Source: a virus (Duplodnaviria; Caudoviricetes). Taken from it: DNA of 55,168 nt. The translations under genes were made by a program, and so were the position numbers. The stretch spans positions 1-55,168 of IMG/VR virus record IMGVR_UViG_3300031673_000058, one strand, 5' to 3'. The notes under the pieces are model-generated. The model made no database searches. It was not told the origin of the DNA and saw nothing but the letters and a program-made list of their open reading frames with translations. This document shows, in pieces, positions 47,449 to 55,165 of this stretch (the first letter of the stretch is position 1; each line of letters begins with the position of its first letter).

Positions 47449-48090
47449 ATGACAGAAGCAGGGCGTTGTCCTTACTGTGGCGGGGAGATTCAGGAGTTGA
47501 CGGTTATTTGTCGTCATTGTGGAAAGAATGTGCGGAAGGCGGGGCTGGCGCCGGGTCAGGTCAAGCCAGCGGGCGCGCCGTGGCAATTATGGGGCGCGCT
47601 GTTGGTGTTAATGGCGTTTGTCTTGATGATACTTTGGGTCTTTGGGGGAAGGTCTTCATCCGATAGGACGACGGCAACGATTGTCACGAAGCCTGGTCTC
47701 CAGGGGGCGGTTGAGACAGCGTTGGGTGAGGGGAATCGTGCGGTGGAGCGGGCCCGCGATTTTCGCGGCAGCAGCGGCCCGACAGGGCAGGTATACGTGG
47801 AGTTTGCGATCAACGATAATTTTTCAGAGGATTTGATCATAGGGGGCGCGCAGCTCGATTGCATGGATGTGCTGAAGGCTATCGCTAAATCCGATGCCAG
47901 TTATGGGAGCGTGCGGATTGTGGGGACGTTCCCGATGAAGGATGCGTTCGGCAATGTGGTGGAACAGGAGGTGGTGCGGCTGGATTTTGAGGCCGCGACG
48001 GTGCGGAAGATCAATTGGAGTGGTTTTTCATACAAGAACATTTATACCGTGGCGGATAAGGCGGAGATTCACGCGCAGTTCAGGCCGTAG
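47449..48090 (+). CDS. Zinc-ribbon plus TM membrane-anchored protein
   Basis: CPYC...CRHC, one TM segment, soluble C-terminal domain. Confidence 0.75.
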   Translation: MTEAGRCPYCGGEIQELTVICRHCGKNVRKAGLAPGQVKPAGAPWQLWGALLVLMAFVLMILWVFGGRSSSDRTTATIVTKPGLQGAVETALGEGNRAVERARDFRGSSGPTGQVYVEFAINDNFSEDLIIGGAQLDCMDVLKAIAKSDASYGSVRIVGTFPMKDAFGNVVEQEVVRLDFEAATVRKINWSGFSYKNIYTVADKAEIHAQFRP

Positions 48091-48233
48091 GACGCGCTAT
48101 GGAAAGGGCGGGCGACAACAGAGAGCAGGATGGGGAGAAATGGAGGATGTAGAACAAGATATGAGGAACGCCCGGTTATGGCCGGGCGTTTGGTGTGGGA
48201 GGAACGAGTTTTGAAGTTTGGTGGGAAAAACTC

Positions 48234-48262
48234 TTGACAACGCGGGGAATATCCGCTATAAT
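48234..48262 (+). promoter_or_regulatory. Consensus sigma70 promoter of the recombinase operon
   Basis: TTGACA-17-TATAAT, followed by ATGTTC-atattg-GAACGT. Confidence 0.85.
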
Positions 48263-48274
48263 GTTCATATTGGA

Positions 48275-48374
48275 ACGTTGGCCGCTAACGGGCATTAACA
48301 GACGATAAGCGGGTGGGAAGTGGTCGAAAAGTCGGCTTTGAGGATGTTTAAGATCGTTATAAAACGTCAGTTAA
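48275..48374. other. Tripartite site 7
   Basis: ACGTTGGCCGCTAA-cgggca-TTAACAGACGATAA ... AAAACGTCAGTTAA; 80-bp unit 48295-48374. Confidence 0.85.
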
Positions 48375-48399
48375 ATGGTTTAGAAAGAAGGAATAGACG

Positions 48400-48861
48400 A
48401 TGGCGCATAAGGATTGGGATCGTGAGCGGGATTTTGTGATGGGCGTGGCGCTCGACCTGGTGATGGTGCGCGGGTATGAGGTAGAGGGTGTGGCGGAGTC
48501 TATGACGCGCTTGTACTATCGCGGGATCTCGCCGGAACGCGCGCAACGCAGTTTTTCCAGAGACCTTCACGCGCTGGTGAATACGCAGAAGCGGCTCGTG
48601 TTTGAGCGGGAATCGCGGGTGTTGGTGACGATGGCGCACGCGCTGCAAGCCGAGGGCTGGCGCTGGCTGACGATGTCCGACCGACCTGGGGGGTTTTTCT
48701 GGCACGATCAGTACGGGTCGGTGAACAATATGGGCGGTGGGTTTGGGTCGTGGGATGAGGCGGTGCGGCGCACTTTCAATTCAGAGATCCGTGCGCTGAC
48801 ACAACATCGCCGGGGGACTGACCCGCTCCCACTCTCGGCGGAGTCAGAGGGCGTCCAATGA
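48400..48861 (+). CDS. Hypothetical protein upstream of the recombinase
   Basis: RBS AAGGA; first gene after the promoter. Confidence 0.65.
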   Translation: MAHKDWDRERDFVMGVALDLVMVRGYEVEGVAESMTRLYYRGISPERAQRSFSRDLHALVNTQKRLVFERESRVLVTMAHALQAEGWRWLTMSDRPGGFFWHDQYGSVNNMGGGFGSWDEAVRRTFNSEIRALTQHRRGTDPLPLSAESEGVQ

Positions 48862-48924
48862 AATGCCCCGGTGTTCGTAGCACCGGGGCGGGCGTCCAAC
48901 ATTTCACTTGAAAGGGGTAAAAGG

Positions 48925-49914
48925 ATGGACAATTTCATTGTAACAGAAACGGCAGTGGAAAGCAAGACCCAAACCCTCGTGGTCTCCACATACGACGAGG
49001 CCTTCGAGCAATGGCTGTTAGAGAAGGATCGCTCTGAGCGAACGGCGCGCTTATATATGACCGGGTTGCGGGATTTCCGCGAGTGGTTCGAGCGCAAGAC
49101 CGGAGATATGTTGAATCCGGCAATGGTGACACCGCTGGACGTGCGCTCGTATCGCCGGTATCTGACCGATGACCGTAAACTGAAAGCACGGTCGATCAAC
49201 AGCTACCTCGCCGCCGTGCGTGCGTTCTGCCGGTGGGCGATGGATAAGGGGCTGGCGATGGGCGACCCTTCCAGCGGCATCAAGGGGATCGAGATTGAGG
49301 AGCAATCACCGCGCTGGTTGAGCAAGCAGGAGCAGTACGCTCTGCTGCGGGCGGCTCAGAAGGAGGTCCAGATCGGCGATCTGCGCGCCGGCGGCGATAA
49401 GGCGGCGCCCGGGTACGTGTGGCCGCGCCGGGATCGCGCGATTGTGGTGCTGATGCTGAACACGGGCTTACGGCTCTCTGAGGTGGCGGCGCTGGATATG
49501 GACGACGTGATGATCCGCCCGCGCTCCGGGCAGGTGACGGTGCGGATGGGCAAGGGACGCAAGACACGCATGGTGCGGCTGAATGCGGATGTGCGCGAGG
49601 CGCTGGACGAGTGGATCGCCACGCGCCCGGAGACGGATGATGCGGCGCTGTTCCTTTCGCAGAAGGGCAAGGCGCGGCTGACCGCGCGGGCGATCGCGCG
49701 GCGCGTGGCGGAGGTCGGGACGCAGGCGCAGTTAAGTGTGTCGCCGCACATGCTGCGCCATAGCCTGGCGAAGAATATGGTGGACGAGGGAATCTCGCTC
49801 GACCAGGTGGGGATGGCCCTGGGGCACAAGAGTTTGGATACGACGAAGCGGTATACCATGCCGTCGGTTGCGGATATGCAGATCGCTATGGAGCGGGTGG
49901 CGTGGAGGGATTGA
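48925..49914 (+). CDS. XerC/D-like tyrosine recombinase
   Basis: SAM-like N-terminal domain; TGLRLSE, GKGRKTR, HMLRH, LGH, TKRY. Confidence 0.93.
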   Translation: MDNFIVTETAVESKTQTLVVSTYDEAFEQWLLEKDRSERTARLYMTGLRDFREWFERKTGDMLNPAMVTPLDVRSYRRYLTDDRKLKARSINSYLAAVRAFCRWAMDKGLAMGDPSSGIKGIEIEEQSPRWLSKQEQYALLRAAQKEVQIGDLRAGGDKAAPGYVWPRRDRAIVVLMLNTGLRLSEVAALDMDDVMIRPRSGQVTVRMGKGRKTRMVRLNADVREALDEWIATRPETDDAALFLSQKGKARLTARAIARRVAEVGTQAQLSVSPHMLRHSLAKNMVDEGISLDQVGMALGHKSLDTTKRYTMPSVADMQIAMERVAWRD

Positions 49915-50081
49915 GGCGCAAGCCTAAAACACAGAGACAATGGGGAGTGAGAGTACCCGCAATAACAAAGTGGCGCCGGTGTTTGTGGAGCAGAAGGCGC
50001 TGCGGGTGATTTGATTGTGGCGCGTAGAATGAGGAGAAATTCGTGTTCTGCGCGCCTTTTTGTGCTGTTAATATGTGTTAA

Positions 50082-50133
50082 TTGGCATTATCCTGGCGCG
50101 GGTGTAGAATCACGGATATAGAACATCTGTTCG
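50082..50133 (+). promoter_or_regulatory. Promoter with LexA box
   Basis: TTGGCA-17-TAGAAT, then AGAAC-ATCT-GTTCG (50120-50133). Confidence 0.75.
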
Positions 50134-50138
50134 GAGGG

Positions 50139-50372
50139 ATGAGGCAGACGATGACGGCGAAATGTAATGATGCCTTTACCGATCCTGAAGATCTGGCGGC
50201 CATCGTCGAGGATGTGCGGCGGGGGTTGCAGTTCATTCGCAACGCGCAGGGCTATGGTGAGGTAGTGGTACGCATCCAGGTCAGGCCGCACGGGATCGCG
50301 GATTGGGATGTCGCGCCGAGGTTCGTGCGGAAGCCGAGGCGGGAGGCAATGGGTGATGGGGTGAGAGGGTGA
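50139..50372 (+). CDS. Small protein, probably SOS-controlled
   Basis: Behind the LexA box; GYGEVVVRI; terminator downstream. Confidence 0.6.
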   Translation: MRQTMTAKCNDAFTDPEDLAAIVEDVRRGLQFIRNAQGYGEVVVRIQVRPHGIADWDVAPRFVRKPRREAMGDGVRG

Positions 50373-50393
50373 GGGGGAGACAGGAGAGTTTGA

Positions 50394-50430
50394 GGCGCCT
50401 GGTTATTGAGATAATCAGGCGCTTTTTATT
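50394..50430 (+). terminator. Intrinsic terminator
   Basis: GCGCCTGGTTAT...ATAATCAGGCGC followed by a T-run. Confidence 0.75.
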
Positions 50431-50580
50431 TTCTCTCAAAATTAACTGGCGTTTCCTGGGGCATTCCAGGGGCATTTCAGGGCAAATGTTCTAAAGCCAT
50501 ATAAACTACCACGTAGATTCTAATTCTAGTTATCCCTAGCGTTCTCTTTGCGTAGGAATAACGCTGTACGGGGAGCGAGA

Positions 50581-50616
50581 AAAGCGGCTGGTCACGACGA
50601 CCGGCCGCTTTTTTTG
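50581..50616 (+). terminator. Intrinsic terminator
   Basis: AGCGGCTGGTC...GACCGGCCGCT followed by a T-run. Confidence 0.75.
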
Positions 50617-50710
50617 TGTGAGGGGGGAGCACTACGGATAGGAGAAATACACGATAGGAGAGCGCCGGATTATGATCTGGCGCGAGCATCTTAAAATTGG
50701 GGAAAAACTG

Positions 50711-50754
50711 GTGATAACTCGTGATTGACATCCCGTGTGATCCTGTGAGAGAGT
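50711..50754 (+). promoter_or_regulatory. Repeated promoter element, copy 2 of 4
   Basis: GTGATAACTCGTGATTGACA-N13-TGTGAGAGAGT. Confidence 0.8.
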
Positions 50755-50785
50755 GAGGGCATCTTACTTGAAAGGGGATACGGAA

Positions 50786-51679
50786 ATGGCAAAAAACGGG
50801 GCAAGTCGCAGGGTGAAGGTAGATGTGGACGAGGTTACTTTCGGGGTGGAGATCGAATGCACGCTGCCGAACGGGTACGTGCGAGCGCAGCGGATTCAGG
50901 TCGGGGGATATCACCACGGGGTACAGTTACCAGCGCCCTTCCCGAATGGCTGGACAGCGCAGCACGATGGGTCGCTGGACGCGAATCGTGATTACACCGC
51001 GCTGGAAATCGTCTCCCCGGTGCTGAAGGGGATGGACGGGTTGAATCAGGTGGTCCGGGTCTTTAACATCTTGAACGAGGCCGGCGCGAAGGTGAACCGG
51101 AGTTGCGGTTTCCACGTTCACGTGGGGGTGCAGTCGGTGTTGGGGGAGCGCGCGAACGATGAGGGGTTGGTGGTGCGGTGGGTGCGGCGGATGCTGCACC
51201 TGGTCAGCGTCCACGAGTTGGGGCTGTTTGCGATCACCGGGAAGCGGTCGCGGCTGGACAACTGCTACTGCGAGACGATCAAGGGCCAATGGGATCAGGT
51301 GCTCGAAACGACCAGCAGCCTGGAAACGATCACGCGCAAGGTGGAATATCACGGCGAGCGTTACCACACTCTGAACCTCTGCAATCTGGCGGATGGCAAG
51401 CGCACGGTAGAGTTCCGGGTCTTCGGAGCGACGCTGGACGGCATCCAGGCGATTGGGTATGTCATCACGGCGATGGGGATCACGCACCGCGCTGCGGAGT
51501 GCGGCGTTGCGCCGCAGTTCGATAGTCACGCGCCCACCGTCACCGAAGAGAGTTGCCTGGACGCTGTTAAGACGTTGCAGCGTGCGCTGGCGGATTACGG
51601 CTGGCCGACCGGCGCAAAGCAGTGGGGTAAGGCGATCCGCAAGGCACAGTTAGATGCTGCCCAGCGGTTTGTGGCATAG
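50786..51679 (+). CDS. Amidoligase (COOH-NH2 ligase) family protein
   Basis: TFGVEIE, DGSL, EIVSPVL, SCGFHVHV, RYHTLN, TVEFR. Confidence 0.9.
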   Translation: MAKNGASRRVKVDVDEVTFGVEIECTLPNGYVRAQRIQVGGYHHGVQLPAPFPNGWTAQHDGSLDANRDYTALEIVSPVLKGMDGLNQVVRVFNILNEAGAKVNRSCGFHVHVGVQSVLGERANDEGLVVRWVRRMLHLVSVHELGLFAITGKRSRLDNCYCETIKGQWDQVLETTSSLETITRKVEYHGERYHTLNLCNLADGKRTVEFRVFGATLDGIQAIGYVITAMGITHRAAECGVAPQFDSHAPTVTEESCLDAVKTLQRALADYGWPTGAKQWGKAIRKAQLDAAQRFVA

Positions 51680-51682
51680 GGG

Positions 51683-52309
51683 ATGATGATGAAGACACGG
51701 GTTTTGATGACTTCTGGGTCGTGGGTCGAGGAAATTTACACGCTGTTATCGGGGTTGGGGGCGAGGGTACACATCCTCGCCCCCGGCGAAGATTGGAAGA
51801 AGGCATACCAGGGCGCGACGCACATCCTCATTCCGGGCGGCGCCGACATTGCGCCGCGCGAGTATGGGGAGCGGCCGACGTGGTCGCGCCCGACTGCACC
51901 GGGGCGCGACCGGGTGGAGCTGCCACTGGCGCGCCAGGCGCTAGCCGATGGGAAGCCCCTGATGGGGATTTGTCGCGGGCATCAGGTGATTGCGGTGGCG
52001 GCTGGCGGGGCGCTGCACCAGGACATCGAGCAGGATTTGGGGGTAGCGCATACGGCGCGGCAACACGCGGTCCGCGTCCTCCCGCGATCGCGCCTGGGGC
52101 GGCTGATGGGATCGGCGGCCTGGGTCAATTCCTACCATCACCAGGCGGTGAAGCGCGTACCGGCGGGTTGGCGCGTGGTGGCCGAATCGTTGGATGGAAT
52201 GGTGGTGGAGGCGTTGGAGCATCCCAGGCTGCCGGTGCTTTCGGTGCAATGGCATCCCGAAGTGCTAGAGGATTGGGATCTCTTCCAGTTGTTTTTGGAG
52301 ATGCAGTGA
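51683..52309 (+). CDS. Class I glutamine amidotransferase (peptidase C26/PuuD-like)
   Basis: PGGADI, GICRGHQ, VNSYHHQAV, VQWHPE. Confidence 0.92.
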   Translation: MMMKTRVLMTSGSWVEEIYTLLSGLGARVHILAPGEDWKKAYQGATHILIPGGADIAPREYGERPTWSRPTAPGRDRVELPLARQALADGKPLMGICRGHQVIAVAAGGALHQDIEQDLGVAHTARQHAVRVLPRSRLGRLMGSAAWVNSYHHQAVKRVPAGWRVVAESLDGMVVEALEHPRLPVLSVQWHPEVLEDWDLFQLFLEMQ

Positions 52310-52345
52310 TCAGCTATTAGCGATCAGTAGTTACTTGAAAGGGGT

Positions 52346-53242
52346 ATGGGGATGACGGGGATTCAGGATGTGGCGGTGGTCCGGATCGTGCCGGGCGACA
52401 ATGACCGGGAAGAATTCGAGCCGGTGGCGTTGCGCGAGTTGGTCGACAGTATTGCGCAGCACGGGCTAGCGCAGCCGATCACGGTGCGGCTCTACGGGGC
52501 GGGGTATCAGATTGTGGCCGGGGAACGGCGCTGGCGGGCGGCGCTGCTCCTGGGATGGGAGACGATCCCGGCGCTGGTGCGCGAGTTAGATGACGAAGCA
52601 GCCAGCGCGATTATGCTCTTGGAGAACATCCAGCGGGCGGAGTTGAACCCCATCGAGGAGGCGCGCGCCTATCGCAAACGGATGACACAGTTTGGATGGG
52701 ATGCTGACACAACGGCGCGCGCGGCCAACGTGCCGGTGGAACGGGTGCGGCTGCGGTTGATGTTGCTGGACGTGGTGCCGGAAGCGCAGCAGCTCATCCG
52801 CGACGGGCAGTTGGGGGTGAAGTACGCCTACGTGATGCGCGATCTGGACGCGAACCGGCAGAGACTGGCGTTGCGCTATCTGAGCCTGGTGGACACGCCG
52901 CGCCTGCGGGAGTTCCGCGAGTTGTGCGCACGATTGTTGGCGGAGCAGGCCCAGGAAGCGATGTTCGATATGGCGGCGTTTATGACCGGGGTGCAAGTCA
53001 CGCGCGCCCAGGAAGCCACGAGCCGCCTGGAGCGAGTGATCCCGGTGGACGCCGATCTGCCCGGCGTGCGCAAGGCGCGCTCAGCGGGACAGGCATTGGA
53101 GCGCTACATCCGCGATCTGCTGGACGGGGGGTTGGACGACGCGGCGCGGGTGGTGGGGACGGTGTACCAGGGGTTGCTGGCGCACGGGTTGGTGAAACTG
53201 CCGGGTGGACCTAGTCCGCTCATCCCCGGTGAGACGCTATGA
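52346..53242 (+). CDS. ParB/Spo0J-family protein
   Basis: SIAQHGLAQPITVR, IVAGERRWRA, LENIQRAELNPIEEA. Confidence 0.9.
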   Translation: MGMTGIQDVAVVRIVPGDNDREEFEPVALRELVDSIAQHGLAQPITVRLYGAGYQIVAGERRWRAALLLGWETIPALVRELDDEAASAIMLLENIQRAELNPIEEARAYRKRMTQFGWDADTTARAANVPVERVRLRLMLLDVVPEAQQLIRDGQLGVKYAYVMRDLDANRQRLALRYLSLVDTPRLREFRELCARLLAEQAQEAMFDMAAFMTGVQVTRAQEATSRLERVIPVDADLPGVRKARSAGQALERYIRDLLDGGLDDAARVVGTVYQGLLAHGLVKLPGGPSPLIPGETL

Positions 53243-53302
53243 ATACGCGCGTAATCAGGGGGGGAGAACCACGGATAAGAGAAATACACGATGGGAAAAC
53301 TG

Positions 53303-53346
53303 GTGATAATTCGTGATTGACAACCGGTGTGCTTTTGTGAGAGAGT
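53303..53346 (+). promoter_or_regulatory. Repeated promoter element, copy 3 of 4
   Basis: GTGATAATTCGTGATTGACA-N13-TGTGAGAGAGT. Confidence 0.8.
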
Positions 53347-53398
53347 AGGTGCAATTCAGCGCGTTATGGAAAACGCGACTACTTTTAGGAGGTTGGTT

Positions 53399-53593
53399 AT
53401 GGATACAAACATGGTGGTGGAGGTTTTGCAGGGAATGGTGGAAGATCCAGCGTGGGAACCGAGTGAGGATTACCCTGAGTTTGAGGGGGCTTACACGAAG
53501 ACCTGCACGGAGGCCGGGCTGCCCGGTACGGGGCTGGTGTTATACCTGCCCGCAGTGAACGGGCGGTATATCCTCACCGTCCAACAGGGGTGA
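53399..53593 (+). CDS. Small hypothetical protein
   Basis: RBS AGGAGG. Confidence 0.6.
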   Translation: MDTNMVVEVLQGMVEDPAWEPSEDYPEFEGAYTKTCTEAGLPGTGLVLYLPAVNGRYILTVQQG

Positions 53594-53669
53594 GGGAACA
53601 ATAGGCCGGGGCGAAATGCTCCGGCCTGATCTTTGGTACATATCAACATACAAACTTGAAAGGGGTGGC

Positions 53670-54227
53670 ATGAGCGATTTGAAAGCGTTTACGTTGACGG
53701 TGGCAGAGCATCTGCCGGGATGGGAGTTCGATGCGGCGTATTGGGAGGAATACCAGCACGTGGCGCGCCTGGTGAATCCGGGGATTCCTGGGGCGAAGGT
53801 TTATATGCAGTGCTCGCGAGGGCGCGCGGAGATTTCGGGCGGTTACCCGGAGGGGTTTCACCCGAGTTCTGAACAGCGTGTGACGATCACGGTCAACATG
53901 GAACGCGACGTGGCAGCCGTTGCCAGGGACATTGAGCGCCGGTTCTTAGGGCTGTATCTGGACAGCTTCTACGCGGCAGTAGAAGCTGCGTACCGGATGG
54001 TGCAAGCGCAGGCCCGCGCGCGGGACGTGGCCGATGAGTTGGCGGCGATCATGGGGTGCAGCGCCCGGCACGACCGGGAGACTTCGTCAATTTGGTCTAA
54101 TCACGGGACGTTCAGGATTACATGTGGATCGGATGGCCCGTACATTTCAGTAGAACGGTTGTACAGCATTTCTATAGAGATGGCGAAGGAGATCGCACGG
54201 ATATTTGCACGGAGTAACCACGGATAG
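53670..54227 (+). CDS. Hypothetical protein
   Basis: ACTTGAAAGGGG RBS motif; AVARDIERRFL. Confidence 0.65.
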   Translation: MSDLKAFTLTVAEHLPGWEFDAAYWEEYQHVARLVNPGIPGAKVYMQCSRGRAEISGGYPEGFHPSSEQRVTITVNMERDVAAVARDIERRFLGLYLDSFYAAVEAAYRMVQAQARARDVADELAAIMGCSARHDRETSSIWSNHGTFRITCGSDGPYISVERLYSISIEMAKEIARIFARSNHG

Positions 54228-54258
54228 GAGAAATGGACGATGGGAAGCGCGGTTACGG

Positions 54259-54287
54259 AGGCCGGTCAATTAGACCGGCCTTTTTTG
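54259..54287 (+). terminator. Intrinsic terminator
   Basis: GGCCGGTC-aatta-GACCGGCC followed by a T-run. Confidence 0.75.
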
Positions 54288-54310
54288 TGGTCAAAATTGG
54301 TGAAAAATTG

Positions 54311-54354
54311 GCGATAACTCGTGATTGACAATCCGTGATTGCCTGTGCGAGAGT
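54311..54354 (+). promoter_or_regulatory. Repeated promoter element, copy 4 of 4
   Basis: GCGATAACTCGTGATTGACA-N13-TGTGCGAGAGT. Confidence 0.8.
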
Positions 54355-54384
54355 GAGCGCATCTTACTTGAAAGGGGATTGGAA

Positions 54385-55077
54385 ATGGACGCTCATTACA
54401 GGATTGCGGATTTACCAGAACGGGAACGACCGGTGAACCGGCTGCGGGAAGCGGGGCCGCTGGCCGTGAGTAATGCGGAGTTGCTGGCGTGTATTTTGCA
54501 GACCGGCGACGCGCTGCACCAGGCTAATGCGTTACTGGCAGAGTTGGGCGGGTTGGAAGGTTTGGCGCGCGCGGAGCAGTGCATGTTCACGGAGGTGCAG
54601 GGCATCGGCCAGGCGCTGGCTACCAGGTTGCAGGCTGCGATTGAGTTTGGGCGGCGGATTGCGGCGGGGGCCGTAGAGGAACGGGTGCAGATCCGCGCGC
54701 CCCAGGACGCGGCTAGACTGGCCGCGCCATTGATCGAGCACCAGGAGCAGGAGCACTTCCTGGTGCTCTTCCTGGACACGCGCAACCGGGTGATCGATCA
54801 CGAGGTGTTGTACAAGGGGACATTGAACACGTCGTTGGTGCGCGTGGCGGAGGTATTCCGTGGGGCGATCCGGCGACACTGCGCGGCGATCATCGTGGCG
54901 CACAATCATCCTTCGGGGGATCCGGAACCGTCGCCAGAAGACATTACTCTCACGCGGCGGTTAATAGAAGCCGGGCAGTTGATGGAGGTCGATATGCTGG
55001 ATCATCTGATTATCGGGCGGGGACGGCATATCAGTCTGCGGGAGCGCGGCGCGGGATTTGAGAATGCGCGCGTGTAG
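54385..55077 (+). CDS. radC: RadC/JAB domain protein
   Basis: ERP..RL...SNAELLA, HhH, QEHF, AHNHPSGDPEPSPED, LDHLII. Confidence 0.95.
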   Translation: MDAHYRIADLPERERPVNRLREAGPLAVSNAELLACILQTGDALHQANALLAELGGLEGLARAEQCMFTEVQGIGQALATRLQAAIEFGRRIAAGAVEERVQIRAPQDAARLAAPLIEHQEQEHFLVLFLDTRNRVIDHEVLYKGTLNTSLVRVAEVFRGAIRRHCAAIIVAHNHPSGDPEPSPEDITLTRRLIEAGQLMEVDMLDHLIIGRGRHISLRERGAGFENARV

Positions 55078-55085
55078 ATTTTTGA

Positions 55086-55165
55086 TTAACTGACGTTTTG
55101 CGATGAAGCTATGAGGCGTGTAACCGGCCGTTCAGCCGGTTACACGCCTTGATAATGGCGGTTAA
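55086..55165. other. 80-bp unit of tripartite site 8 (core continues at 13-46)
   Basis: TTAACTGACGTTTT ... ATAATGGCGGTTAA; interior hairpin AGGCGTGTAACCGGC...GCCGGTTACACGCCT. Confidence 0.85.

Noticed and set aside
48925-49914. Integron integrase IntI or protelomerase
   Set aside because: Lacks the IntI-specific insertion after the GKG.K.R patch and has an ordinary Xer-like size and motif set.
50442-50455. Ninth tripartite site (TTAACTGGCGTTTC)
   Set aside because: A good single arm, but no partner at 6 bp and no convincing inverted arm at 80 bp; counted as an isolated arm.
50460-50616. Small RNA between two terminators
   Set aside because: No clear promoter or structure beyond the terminator; evidence is insufficient.
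36431-54244. CRISPR array from the AACCACGGATAGGAG repeats
   Set aside because: Copies are dispersed over kilobases and degenerate, with no regular spacers and no cas genes.
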